DNA of 64,000 nucleotides, from assembly GCA_045541395.1 (NCBI GenBank), contig JAZQIZ010000027.1, forward strand, positions 14,006 to 78,005, in the 5' to 3' direction. Under the pieces are notes generated by a model, which saw only the letters and a list, made by a program, of their open reading frames with translations, was not told the origin of the DNA and ran no database searches. Numbering within the stretch: position 1 is the stretch's first letter; the number at the start of each line of letters is the position of its first letter. Of this stretch, positions 18,253-27,287 are shown piece by piece. Made by a program: the position numbers and the translations under genes. The DNA comes from Eubacteriales bacterium (GTDB lineage Bacteria > Bacillota > Clostridia > Oscillospirales > UMGS1783).

Positions 18253-19326
18253 TTATTTTACGATAGCGCCTGAAAGGGGGCGGATATCAACCTTATAGCC
18301 TGTAAGCTTAGCCGCAAGACGGGCATTCTGACCTTCCTTTCCAATAGCAAGGGAAAGCTGATCGTCGCTTACAATAACTGAACAGGTTTTTTTCTTTTCA
18401 TCTGCGTCTGCGCTGAGAACTACTGCAGGAGATAAAGCGGCAGAAACAAACAGAGCAGGATCGGAATTATATTTAATAATATCTATCTTTTCGCCGTTTA
18501 TCTCATCTATAATAACAGAAATTCTGCTTCTCTTGGGGCCTATGCAAGCGCCTACGGGATCTACGTCGGCATCGTTAGACATAACCGCAATTTTGGTTCT
18601 GGAGCCTGCCTCTCTTGCAACGGACATTACTTCCACAGTACCGTCGGCAATTTCGGGAACCTCCATTTCAAATAAGCGGCGAACGAGGCCGGGGTGCTTT
18701 CTTGAAAGGGTTATTTCATCATAAACCTTACCCTTGGCGTTCTCTTTTTTGGTAACGTCGGCAACGTAAACCTTAAGGGAAGCGCCTTCTCTTATAACCT
18801 CTCTGGGTATCATTTCTCTTACGGGTAAAAGCATTTCGTATCTGCCGATAGAAAGAACTGCGGCTTTATTTCTAAGATCGATTCTCTCTACAACACCGGT
18901 AACGATCTCACCCTGCTTTTCAGTAAACTCCTGAGCAAGAGAGCCGTAAACAGCTTCGTTAATACCCTGAACAATAACGTTTTTACCAACCTTAGCAGCG
19001 ATCCTGCCGAAATTCTTGGTGTCGAGTTCAACCTCGGCAACGTCGCCTACCTTATATCTGCGGCTTATTTTCTTAGCTTCTTCAACGTATATCTGGGTAA
19101 GAGGATCTTCAACTACCTCAACTATATCCTTTCTTACAAAGAAGCGCACCTTCCTTTTAACCTCATCAAATTCGGCATCAATATTTTCAGGCTGCATATC
19201 AAGGTTTTTTTCCTTTTTAACTGCGGCGGTAATTGCTGCCTTAATTTTTTCGAGCACGTATTCCTTCTTAATGCCCTTTTCCTTTTCCAAGAGGGTTATT
19301 GCCTCATAGAATTCGCTGTTATTCAT
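18253..19326 (-). CDS. nusA: transcription termination/antitermination factor NusA
   Basis: Start trimmed from 19359 to ATG 19326 (MNNSEFYEAI), with GGGAGG 10 nt upstream. S1 and tandem KH regions are present. Confidence 0.95.
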   Translation of the reverse strand: MNNSEFYEAITLLEKEKGIKKEYVLEKIKAAITAAVKKEKNLDMQPENIDAEFDEVKRKVRFFVRKDIVEVVEDPLTQIYVEEAKKISRRYKVGDVAEVELDTKNFGRIAAKVGKNVIVQGINEAVYGSLAQEFTEKQGEIVTGVVERIDLRNKAAVLSIGRYEMLLPVREMIPREVIREGASLKVYVADVTKKENAKGKVYDEITLSRKHPGLVRRLFEMEVPEIADGTVEVMSVAREAGSRTKIAVMSNDADVDPVGACIGPKRSRISVIIDEINGEKIDIIKYNSDPALFVSAALSPAVVLSADADEKKKTCSVIVSDDQLSLAIGKEGQNARLAAKLTGYKVDIRPLSGAIVK

Positions 19327-19342
19327 TTTGACTGTTCCTCCC

Positions 19343-19795
19343 TTAAAAATCAAATGCAATTCTGCACATGCTTATGTTTGCTTTTTCAATTTCAATATCA
19401 TTCTGCCCGTCATTCAACACAAGGCTTTGACCGTAGGATATGAGTATTCCCACATGTTCCTTTTTGCCTTCTACGGCCTTAAAGCATTTCACCCTTACTT
19501 TTTCTCCAATGGCCTGTTCGTAATGCCATTCAAGACGGAGCCTTCTTTCAATACCCGGTGAGCATACTTCAAAAACATAATGGTTATCTATAAGGTCAGC
19601 CTCGTCCAATACAGGGTCCATCGCTCTGGAAAACAGAGCACAATCGTCAGAGGAAATACCCTCTTCTTTATCAATATAGATCCTCAGGTAGTTTTCACTG
19701 CCTTCTTTTACATATTCGGTATCATACACGTCAAAGCCCATTTCTTCTGCTACAGGCAAAGAAAGTTCCAATACCGCATCGCTTATCTTAGACAT
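19343..19795 (-). CDS. rimP: ribosome maturation factor RimP
   Basis: Start trimmed to ATG 19795 (MSKISDAV). The track's TTG start lies inside the SD GGAGGA. Located upstream of nusA. Confidence 0.9.
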   Translation of the reverse strand: MSKISDAVLELSLPVAEEMGFDVYDTEYVKEGSENYLRIYIDKEEGISSDDCALFSRAMDPVLDEADLIDNHYVFEVCSPGIERRLRLEWHYEQAIGEKVRVKCFKAVEGKKEHVGILISYGQSLVLNDGQNDIEIEKANISMCRIAFDF

Positions 19796-19815
19796 AATTT
19801 CCTCCAATCAACATT

Positions 19816-19843
19816 GAAGAGCAGGGCTTACGCCCTGCTCTTT
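19816..19843 (-). promoter_or_regulatory. GC-rich hairpin in the rimP-nusA-infB leader (candidate attenuator)
   Basis: AGAGCAGGGC-GTAA-GCCCTGCTCT on the minus strand, a 10-12 bp stem with a GNRA-type loop. It is followed by TTCAATGTT (a poor U-tract) and lies about 20 nt before the SD. Confidence 0.45.
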
Positions 19844-19901
19844 CTTGTGCTGATATTATATTACCACTTATTTTATTAAAAATCAAGTGTTTTGCAAAAA
19901 A

Positions 19902-21725
19902 TTAACCCCAATTAATTTTTAAAGAGTTAAACTGCGCAGCCTCGTTCTGATCAACGTCGTTACCGGAAATATCAAGAGAGGTAAGAGAGGTAACACCCCT
20001 TAATGTCTTAATAGTATTAATATAGTTGTCTGCCGCGTTAAGCTCACTTATATAAGGAAGTTCTGCTACAGGTGAAAGACTGCTTATATTATTATCGGAA
20101 ACGTCAAGGCTTCTTAAAGAGGTGATCCTGCAAATGCTGGATATATCCTCAATACCGCAGCTTCTTGCAGTAAGAGAATTAAGGTTTGTACCGCTAAGAG
20201 GAGAGAAATCCTCAATAGCATTATTGGAGAGATCCAGTGAGCTGACAGACTTAGCGCTTGCGATACCGGTAATATCCGTAAGGGCATTTCCGGAAAGATC
20301 AAGAGTCCTTAAGGAAGTAAGGAAGGAAAGTCCGGAAGCGGATTCTATAGCATTATCCTTGGCAGTAAGGGTATCAAGCTTATTAAGCTTACCTATATCG
20401 CTCAGCCCTGAAATGTTATTTTCAGATACGTCAAGATTTCTTAAGGAGGTTATTTCGCCAATACCACCAAGAGTTTTAATGCCGTTATTTTTAATAACCA
20501 GCTTGGTGATCTTACCATCCTTTAAAGCGGCAAGGCTATCGGCGGAGCCGTTTTCTCCTCCCAGGTCATTATCGTTTAAGGTAAGAGTCATAAGGGAGGT
20601 CATAGGAGCAAGGGCCTCAACTGAAGTTAAAGAACACTCGGAAAGATCGAGGGTCGTCAAAGACACACATCCTGCGATCTGCTTAAGATTATCCTCGCTG
20701 AGCTCAACACGGTTAACGGTTAAGGATTTAAGCTTGGGCACTTGGTTCAGGGGGCTGTAATCGGCGATAGTATCACCGTAAAGCTCAACCTTTGAAAGAT
20801 TCAAAAATTCAGAAAAGTCAGCCAAAGTAGTGATCTTGCCGGAGCTGTTCTCGCTTGAGAAGCTTTCAAGCTCATCGAGATCCTTATAGGTCAGTTCCTC
20901 ATAAATGCCTAACGCATCACGGACAACACTTTCTACAGCCTCATCAACAAATTTATAAATAGCGTTTTCATCTCTTACTCTGAAATCTCCCGCCTGTTCA
21001 TCTGTAAGAATGCCGGTCTCGGAAATGGCAAAGGCACGGATAGAGCATTTATCAGTTATTTCAATAGGAGAAGAGAATACTTTGGAAGTAAGATTAGGTT
21101 CAGAACCGTCGGTCGTATAATAAATAACCGCATTGGAAGAGGATGAAAGTGAAAGGCTGATTTTCTCACCGTAGGTACCGGGCTGAGAGGAAAAACTGAT
21201 TTTTGAAGGTCTGCTGTTTTCCATTTTAAGAAGCACGTAATTATTGGTGCAGCCGGCGAGGAATTCTCTTGCTTCGGACATTTTGCCCTGATAACACAAA
21301 GCTCTTGAAGCAATACCGTAAAACTCGTAAGTTGCAGGGGATTTTTCTATACTTTCAATTGCAAAATCGTAAGCCTCTTCATAAAGACCCAGATTTTCAT
21401 ATGTTTCACAAAGAGCTATTCTTGAGCCAACGTGTTCGGAATCCTTTTCCAAAGCTTTAAGTAAATATTCCTTAGCTTCTTCATAATTCTGCGCCTGAAC
21501 AGCAGCAACTCCCTTTTCGTAAAATTTATCTGCATTGCCGGGCTCATTGCCTGTAATAAACATTACCATACCTATAATAAACCCAATAAGCACAGTAACA
21601 CTGAAGGTCATAAAGAAAAGACGCACACGGCTTTTAAATATTTCCGGGTTCTTTTTTTCCGCCTTTTTAGATTCCTCTATTACAGGTTCTTCGGTTTGAA
21701 TTATTTTATTTTCGTTATTTTCCAT
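19902..21725 (-). CDS. single-pass membrane protein with TPR, Fn3/CHB_HEX_C-like and ~12 leucine-rich repeats
   Basis: 607 aa. A TM helix spans about aa 38-58. TPR-like helices include YEEAKEYLLKALEKD. The segment GTYGEKISLSLSS..VIYYTTDGSEP is present. About 22-aa LxxLxLxxNxI repeats run to the C-terminus. Confidence 0.7.
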   Translation of the reverse strand: MENNENKIIQTEEPVIEESKKAEKKNPEIFKSRVRLFFMTFSVTVLIGFIIGMVMFITGNEPGNADKFYEKGVAAVQAQNYEEAKEYLLKALEKDSEHVGSRIALCETYENLGLYEEAYDFAIESIEKSPATYEFYGIASRALCYQGKMSEAREFLAGCTNNYVLLKMENSRPSKISFSSQPGTYGEKISLSLSSSSNAVIYYTTDGSEPNLTSKVFSSPIEITDKCSIRAFAISETGILTDEQAGDFRVRDENAIYKFVDEAVESVVRDALGIYEELTYKDLDELESFSSENSSGKITTLADFSEFLNLSKVELYGDTIADYSPLNQVPKLKSLTVNRVELSEDNLKQIAGCVSLTTLDLSECSLTSVEALAPMTSLMTLTLNDNDLGGENGSADSLAALKDGKITKLVIKNNGIKTLGGIGEITSLRNLDVSENNISGLSDIGKLNKLDTLTAKDNAIESASGLSFLTSLRTLDLSGNALTDITGIASAKSVSSLDLSNNAIEDFSPLSGTNLNSLTARSCGIEDISSICRITSLRSLDVSDNNISSLSPVAELPYISELNAADNYINTIKTLRGVTSLTSLDISGNDVDQNEAAQFNSLKINWG

Positions 21726-21814
21726 TATAATTCTCCCAATAAATTTTTTCTTATATCATTTTACCACATAGTGCTATGATTTGCAAAGGCTTTTGGCTTT
21801 AATTTATATTTTTT

Positions 21815-21843
21815 TCATATTAGGGACAAGTTGTTCATATATT
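21815..21843 (+). promoter_or_regulatory. candidate sigma-E-type promoter for spoIID (TCATATT ... CATATATT)
   Basis: ATA-16 nt-CATATATT, ending about 20 nt before ATG 21863. Resembles the B. subtilis sigma-E consensus (ATA-16/18-CATACA-T). Confidence 0.4.
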
Positions 21844-21862
21844 TTTTACGAGGTGAAATTTA

Positions 21863-22843
21863 ATGACTTTAAAAAAAATTATTATTATAATGATCCTTAT
21901 TTCCCTATTGCCGCTTTTGCCTCTGCTGATATCATATAAAAGCATAGGTGCTTTGCCTTACCCATCAAAGGTTGCAACAGATAATGATTCCGTTACCCGC
22001 TATGAAAACGTAAAAATTAAGCTGTTACATAACGGACGGATCATTGAAGTGGGACTTTTTGATTATTTATGCTCTGTTGTAAGCGGAGAAATGCCTGCGT
22101 TATACGAACCTGAAGCCTTAAAGGCCCAGGCTGTCGCGGCCTTTTCTTATGCTCTTTACAGGATCGATGCAAACGATTTCCCTGAGCATCAAGGTGCTCA
22201 GCTTTGTACCGATCCTTCACATTGCAAAGCCTATATAGACCAGAAAAGCAGAAAAGAAATCTGGAAGGAAAGCTTTGAGACCTACAATAAAAAAATAGAA
22301 GGAGCAGTAAGCGAGGTTCTGGGAGTTACGGTAATCTATAATGAAAAGCCGGCAAATACGGTATTCCACGCAATAAGCTCCGGACAAACCGAAAATGCTA
22401 AGGATATATGGGGCCAAAACGTGCCTTATCTGATCAGTGTTGACAGCTCCTGCGATCTGAGTGCTACGGAATTTCTTACGTTAACCACCGTAACAAAAGA
22501 TGAATTTTCAAAAAAACTTTCCATTAATGAAAACGAGATAGCTATTAGTAACGTTTCAAAAACCGCAGCGGGCTCGGTAAAAGAAATTAATATCTCAGGG
22601 AAAGCCTTTACCGGTGAAGATATTCGCCTTGCCTTTGGCTTGCGCTCGGCCAATTTTGAAATCGAGATCCTGGAAGAAGAAATTACTTTTCACGTAAAGG
22701 GCTACGGACACGGAGTTGGCATGAGCCAATACGGAGCCAACGAAATGGCTAAAGAGGGCTTTTCCTACCAAGAAATTCTGCAAAAATACTATCCCAATAC
22801 CGAACTTACTCTTATTTCCCCTTCCGTACTTACAGAACAATAA
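21863..22843 (+). CDS. spoIID: stage II sporulation protein D (SpoIID lytic transglycosylase family)
   Basis: 326 aa with an N-terminal TM. Contains ALKAQAVAAFSYALYR, VFHAISSGQTENA and a C-terminal GHGVGMSQYGA. Confidence 0.9.
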   Translation: MTLKKIIIIMILISLLPLLPLLISYKSIGALPYPSKVATDNDSVTRYENVKIKLLHNGRIIEVGLFDYLCSVVSGEMPALYEPEALKAQAVAAFSYALYRIDANDFPEHQGAQLCTDPSHCKAYIDQKSRKEIWKESFETYNKKIEGAVSEVLGVTVIYNEKPANTVFHAISSGQTENAKDIWGQNVPYLISVDSSCDLSATEFLTLTTVTKDEFSKKLSINENEIAISNVSKTAAGSVKEINISGKAFTGEDIRLAFGLRSANFEIEILEEEITFHVKGYGHGVGMSQYGANEMAKEGFSYQEILQKYYPNTELTLISPSVLTEQ

Positions 22844-22883
22844 ATATTTTTGTGTCTGAAATTCAGGTTTATTAAATGCACAC

Positions 22884-22912
22884 TTGCAAATAATCGATTT
22901 TCTTTATATAAT
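22884..22912 (+). promoter_or_regulatory. sigma-A promoter TTGCAA-17-TATAAT
   Basis: TTGCAA at 22884-22889 and TATAAT at 22907-22912, 35 nt upstream of ATG 22948. SD GGAGGA is present. Confidence 0.55.
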
Positions 22913-22947
22913 ATTTATAAATAAAATCTAACGGAGGAAGCGTTCCT

Positions 22948-24060
22948 ATGAAACAGTTTTTTGTAAGACCTGAAATTCACACTTTTAAAACCTGCAAAGA
23001 GTTTGCCGCTGAGTTCAAAATTGGCGAAGGTGACCTTGTATTTACCAACGAATATATACTTCATCCCGGTTTTGATGAGTGTTTAAACGGTGCAGATGTA
23101 TTATTCCAGGAAAGATACGGCAAAGGCGAACCTTCAGATGAGATGGTTGAAGCCATTATGAGGGATCTTACCAAAACCTATAAGCGCATTATTGCCATTG
23201 GCGGCGGCACGGTTATTGATATTGCAAAAATACTTATACTTAAGAAGGTATTCCCTTTAGTGGACCTGTTTGATAAAAAGGTCCGGCCTCAAAAGGAAAG
23301 TCAGCTTATAATTATCCCTACCACCTGCGGTACGGGAAGTGAGGTTACCAACCTTTCAATTCTTGCTCTTGTTTCAAGAAACACTAAAATGGGCCTTGGC
23401 TGCGAGGAAATGTTTGCAGACCATGCTGTGCTTATTCCCGAGCTTTTACAGTCACTCCCCTTTTACGTTTTTGCCACAAGCTCTATTGACGCCCTTATTC
23501 ACGCAGTAGAGTCTTCGGTTTCCCCAAAGGCGACCACCTACTCAAATCTTTTTGCTCATCACGCCATTGAAATAATACTGTCGGGCTACAAACGCCTTGT
23601 TAAGGAAGGTAAAGAAATTCTCCCCGAGCTTTTGGAAGACTTTCTTGTTGCCAGCAATTACGCCGGGATCGCCTTCTCCAATGCAGGTTGCGGCGCAGTT
23701 CACGCCTTGAGCTATCCCATAGGCGGATCCCACCATATTCCCCACGGAGAAGCCAACTACGAGGTATTTACAGGAGTATTAAAAAAGTATATGGAATTAA
23801 AGCAAGGCGGTGCTCTTGAGGTTTTAAACAAGCGGCTTTGCAGAATATTCGATTGTACCGAAGACAGAGTCTACGATGAGCTTGAGAATCTGCTCAACAA
23901 CCTTATACCAAAAAAGCATCTTCAGGAATACGGTATCACCCATGAGGAGCTTAAGGAATTTGCTCATTCGGTAATGCATACCCAGACAAGGCTTTTAAAT
24001 CAGTCATTTACAAAAATGACCCAGGATGACATTCTTGATATATACGAAAAGCTTTATTAA
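22948..24060 (+). CDS. iron-containing (group III) alcohol dehydrogenase
   Basis: 370 aa. Contains GGGTVIDIAK and the metal-binding His cluster HALSYPIGGSHHIPHGEAN. Confidence 0.85.
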   Translation: MKQFFVRPEIHTFKTCKEFAAEFKIGEGDLVFTNEYILHPGFDECLNGADVLFQERYGKGEPSDEMVEAIMRDLTKTYKRIIAIGGGTVIDIAKILILKKVFPLVDLFDKKVRPQKESQLIIIPTTCGTGSEVTNLSILALVSRNTKMGLGCEEMFADHAVLIPELLQSLPFYVFATSSIDALIHAVESSVSPKATTYSNLFAHHAIEIILSGYKRLVKEGKEILPELLEDFLVASNYAGIAFSNAGCGAVHALSYPIGGSHHIPHGEANYEVFTGVLKKYMELKQGGALEVLNKRLCRIFDCTEDRVYDELENLLNNLIPKKHLQEYGITHEELKEFAHSVMHTQTRLLNQSFTKMTQDDILDIYEKLY

Positions 24061-24061
24061 T

Positions 24062-24096
24062 AAAAAAACTGCGGAAACAATTCCGCAGTTTTTTTA
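24062..24096. terminator. bidirectional rho-independent terminator between convergent genes
   Basis: Reads AAAAAACTGCGGAA-ACAA-TTCCGCAGTTTTTTT. Confidence 0.85.
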
Positions 24097-24573
24097 TTCT
24101 GTTTCGTTTGCAATGCTTTCTATTACCGAAACAAGGTTATATGTCTGTTCGTTATTATGCCAGTCGTATTCAATTATTGTATCTTCATATTCAACCGTAA
24201 AGCTGTAATTATCAGTACCGTCAACCACCGCCGAAGGGAATAACTTATTTATAAGATTTTTTAAATGGTTAGGTTTTAGGGGCTCCAAGCTCTCTGCCGC
24301 ACAAATAGATGCAGAGCTTAGTCTTTGCCACTGCTCTTCGCTTAACGGCAGGTTTTCTTTTACTGTAAACTCGCCGCCTTCTTCAGGGAAATAGGCCAGA
24401 TAATATACCTTACCTTTTTCTGCGCTGATAATAAGTTGCCGCCCCCAAACCGATCCGTTTGTACGGCTGAAGCTTACAGAAACGATACGACCCGGATCTT
24501 CTTCATTTTGAGCACAGCCGCAAAACGCAAACAAAACCGTTACCGCTATAATTAAAAAAGCAATCACTTTCAT
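24094..24573 (-). CDS. small lipoprotein of unknown function
   Basis: 159 aa with a signal peptide and lipobox FAFCGC. I recognise no family. Confidence 0.6.
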   Translation of the reverse strand: MKVIAFLIIAVTVLFAFCGCAQNEEDPGRIVSVSFSRTNGSVWGRQLIISAEKGKVYYLAYFPEEGGEFTVKENLPLSEEQWQRLSSASICAAESLEPLKPNHLKNLINKLFPSAVVDGTDNYSFTVEYEDTIIEYDWHNNEQTYNLVSVIESIANETE

Positions 24574-24648
24574 TTTATCACCTCTTTTAAATTATAACTG
24601 AAATACATAAAATGTCCCCACACTTTAAATTAAAAAAGTGTGGGTAAT

Positions 24649-24679
24649 TAAAAAAAGACACATCGAAATGATGTGTCTT
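24649..24679 (-). terminator. rho-independent terminator downstream of tRNA
   Basis: Stem AAGACACATC/GATGTGTCTT (24655-24679). On the minus strand it is followed by a U-run. A second hairpin CCCACACTT/AAGTGTGGG lies at 24617-24643. Confidence 0.75.
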
Positions 24680-24682
24680 CGT

Positions 24683-24759
24683 TGGTGGGCCTTCAGGGAC
24701 TCGAACCCCGGACCAACCGGTTATGAGCCGGTAGCTCTAACCAACTGAGCTAAAGGCCC
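24683..24759 (-). tRNA. tRNA with anticodon CAT (elongator Met, or Ile2 if lysidine-modified), CCA encoded
   Basis: Reverse complement is GGGCCTTTAGCTCAGTTGGTTAGAGCTACCGGCTCATAACCGGTTGGTCCGGGGTTCGAGTCCCTGAAGGCCCACCA. It forms a cloverleaf with a 7-bp acceptor stem. G1-C72 argues against an initiator tRNA. Confidence 0.9.
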
Positions 24760-24785
24760 GTAGCTAAGTTGCTTACAGCTATATT

Positions 24786-24814
24786 ATATTACCACAAGCG
24801 AGCCGATATGTCAA
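24786..24814 (-). promoter_or_regulatory. sigma-A promoter for the tRNA (TTGACA-17-TAATAT, TG-extended)
   Basis: TTGACA at 24814-24809 and TGGTAATAT ending at 24786, about 25 nt upstream of the tRNA 5' end. Confidence 0.6.
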
Positions 24815-24832
24815 GAAAAACTTTGATAGATT

Positions 24833-25471
24833 TTACCTGAAGGATTCGCCGCTTTCGTGAATGAATTCAACCCTTGTATGTCTGGCAAACACGTCTTCAC
24901 CAACAAAATCCTTAAAGGCGTCCATTAAAGTTACGGCGGTAATTGCACCTGAGGTAGTACAGGGCAATACGCTGTTTATTACAAGCTTACCGTCTTTAGC
25001 CCGGAAAGTCAGTTCTTTGGCCTCAGCCTTAAGATCTATTTCCTTTTGTCCACGCTTACTTTTCTTTGTAACCAAAACCTGTTCCTTTGCCCACATTTCT
25101 TTGAATTTTTCTGCATATTTACCGTCTATCTCGGTTTTAAAACGGGCAAAAGCAATTTCCTTTGCTTTAAACACAGGCTCTCCTACGCTTACGATCTCTA
25201 TGCCTGAAGGAAGCTGTTCATTAAGCTTGGCTATAAGCTCGGTATCCGGCATATCCGAAAGAAGCTTTACATCCAAAAATTCTCTCTCACCTGCCATACC
25301 CAAAGGCAAGGGCTGTCCGAACACCATATAGGGATGCGGGTGAAAACCTTCCGTAAACCAAATGGGCAGTTCCTTTGCAAAGATCGCACGGGAGAAGGCC
25401 CTTGTCATATCAAGATGTGAAGTGAAGCAGGATATATCTTCTTTTTTAAATAAAAATCTAACGTTATTCAA
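24833..25471 (-). CDS. radical-SAM-associated protein (DUF2344 / TIGR03936-type)
   Basis: 212 aa with FTSHLDMTRAFSRA and GFHPHP. Directly downstream of, and overlapping, the TIGR03960-type radical SAM gene. Confidence 0.75.
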   Translation of the reverse strand: MNNVRFLFKKEDISCFTSHLDMTRAFSRAIFAKELPIWFTEGFHPHPYMVFGQPLPLGMAGEREFLDVKLLSDMPDTELIAKLNEQLPSGIEIVSVGEPVFKAKEIAFARFKTEIDGKYAEKFKEMWAKEQVLVTKKSKRGQKEIDLKAEAKELTFRAKDGKLVINSVLPCTTSGAITAVTLMDAFKDFVGEDVFARHTRVEFIHESGESFR

Positions 25472-27287
25472 AGCATTTTACCCCCGTTAGCTTGGTTATT
25501 CCGCAGGCAGAACAATTACCCATACAATCGGGTGTTGTTTGGCTTAAGTAGGCTTTTTGGTTCTCTTTTTGCAAAAACCTTTTGCTTACACCCGCGTTTA
25601 TCATATCCCAGGGAAGGATCTCCTCAAGGTCACGTTTGCGGTAAGCATAGGCATCGGCATTTATATTAAGCTCATTAAATGCCTCTTCCCATATTTCGGG
25701 CTTAAAGGTCTCATCCCAGCTATCGAAGCGGCAACCCTTTTGGTAGGCCGAAACAATGGCGGGAGCAATTCTTCTGTCACCTCTTGCCATAATGGCTTCA
25801 AGGCGGCTTACTTCAGGATCGTGCCACTTTAAGGAAATTTTCTTGGTAGTAAGGCTTTCTTTAAGAAGCTTCTGGCGGCGGGCAATCTCCTCTCCGGTTA
25901 TCTGGGCTTCCCATTGGAAAGGAGTAAAGGGCTTAGGAACAAAGGTTGCAAGAGAAATGCTTATTTCCACACCCTTACCTTTTCTTCTTGTTTCAAGATG
26001 GTAATAAAGATTCACAATTTTCTGGGCAAGAGTTGCAATAGCTACAATATCCTCATCGGTCTCGGTAGGAAGACCCATCATAAAATACATTTTTACCGAG
26101 GTATAGCCCTGTTCAAATGCGGCTTTGCAGGTTTTTAAAATATCTTCTTCGGTAATGTTTTTATTTATTGCATCACGAAGGCGCTGAGACCCTGCCTCCG
26201 GCGCAAAGGTAAGACCGCTTTTTCTTATTCCGCCAAGCTTTTCAAGAAGAGTCTTGGGGGTATTGTCTATTCTTAAAGAAGGCAGAGAAAGGCCTATATG
26301 GCGAGGCCTTGTATATTCCGAAAAGCTATCGAACAGCCCCTCAATATCGGGGTAATCACTTGAAGAAAGTGAAAGAAGGGATATTTCATCATAGCCTGTA
26401 CATCTGCACTGCTCTACTGCGTTATTCTTAAGAAGCTCCTTGCTTCTGAATCGGGCAGGGCGGTATATCATACCGGCCTGACAAAAACGGCAGCCTCTTA
26501 TACAGCCCCTGAACAGCTCAATAGCTACACGGTCATGGATAGCCTGAATAGTGGGAACAATGGGCTTTTTAGGAATAAAGCAATTTTCAAAATCGGAAAT
26601 AATATATCTGTCAACCTGTTTTTCGGGGCTTATGGACTTGATTTTATCTCCATCATATTCAACTTCATAAAGAGAAGGAACGTAAACGCTTTTAATGTTG
26701 CTTGCCTTTTTTAAGAATTCTTTTTTAGATATACCCTTTTCCTTGCATTCTTTATACAGATCAAGTATCTGCATCATGCTCTCCTCGCCGTCACCTATGG
26801 AAATAAGGTCAAAAAAGGGTGCAACAGGCTCGCTGTTAACGGCGCAGGGGCCACCTGCTATTATAAGAGGGTATTCCTCACCTCTGTCCTTTGCGTAAAA
26901 AGGGATACCCGCAAGGTCGAGCATTAAAAGAATATTGGTGTAATTAAGCTCAAACTGCAAAGTAAAGCCTATAATATCAAAGGCAGTCAAAGGGTCCTTA
27001 CTTTCAAGGGCAAAAAGAGGGATATTGTTTTCTCTGAGCTGAGCTTCCATATCCTCGGGAGGCGCAAAGCATCTTTCGCACCAGGAATCAGAACGGGAGT
27101 TTATAAGCTCATAAAGAATTTTAAGGCCTAAGTTGCTCATACCCACTTCATACATATCGGGATAACAAAAAGCAAAACGAAGGGATACTTCGTCTTTATT
27201 TTTCATTACCTGATTTTTTTCGCCGCCGATATAACGGCCGGGCTTTTGCACCTTATAAAGAATTCTTTCTATTTTTTCATCAAACAT
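25464..27287 (-). CDS. B12-binding-domain radical SAM protein (TIGR03960-type)
   Basis: 607 aa with RGCIRGCRFCQAG. The N-terminal region is B12-binding-like. Confidence 0.8.
   Translation of the reverse strand: MFDEKIERILYKVQKPGRYIGGEKNQVMKNKDEVSLRFAFCYPDMYEVGMSNLGLKILYELINSRSDSWCERCFAPPEDMEAQLRENNIPLFALESKDPLTAFDIIGFTLQFELNYTNILLMLDLAGIPFYAKDRGEEYPLIIAGGPCAVNSEPVAPFFDLISIGDGEESMMQILDLYKECKEKGISKKEFLKKASNIKSVYVPSLYEVEYDGDKIKSISPEKQVDRYIISDFENCFIPKKPIVPTIQAIHDRVAIELFRGCIRGCRFCQAGMIYRPARFRSKELLKNNAVEQCRCTGYDEISLLSLSSSDYPDIEGLFDSFSEYTRPRHIGLSLPSLRIDNTPKTLLEKLGGIRKSGLTFAPEAGSQRLRDAINKNITEEDILKTCKAAFEQGYTSVKMYFMMGLPTETDEDIVAIATLAQKIVNLYYHLETRRKGKGVEISISLATFVPKPFTPFQWEAQITGEEIARRQKLLKESLTTKKISLKWHDPEVSRLEAIMARGDRRIAPAIVSAYQKGCRFDSWDETFKPEIWEEAFNELNINADAYAYRKRDLEEILPWDMINAGVSKRFLQKENQKAYLSQTTPDCMGNCSACGITKLTGVKCFE

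Noticed and set aside
20122-20760. 212-aa plus-strand ORF inside the LRR gene
   Set aside because: It is antisense to the LRR repeats. The periodic Leu/Ser/Arg-rich translation mirrors the repeat structure of the sense strand, and there are no start signals.
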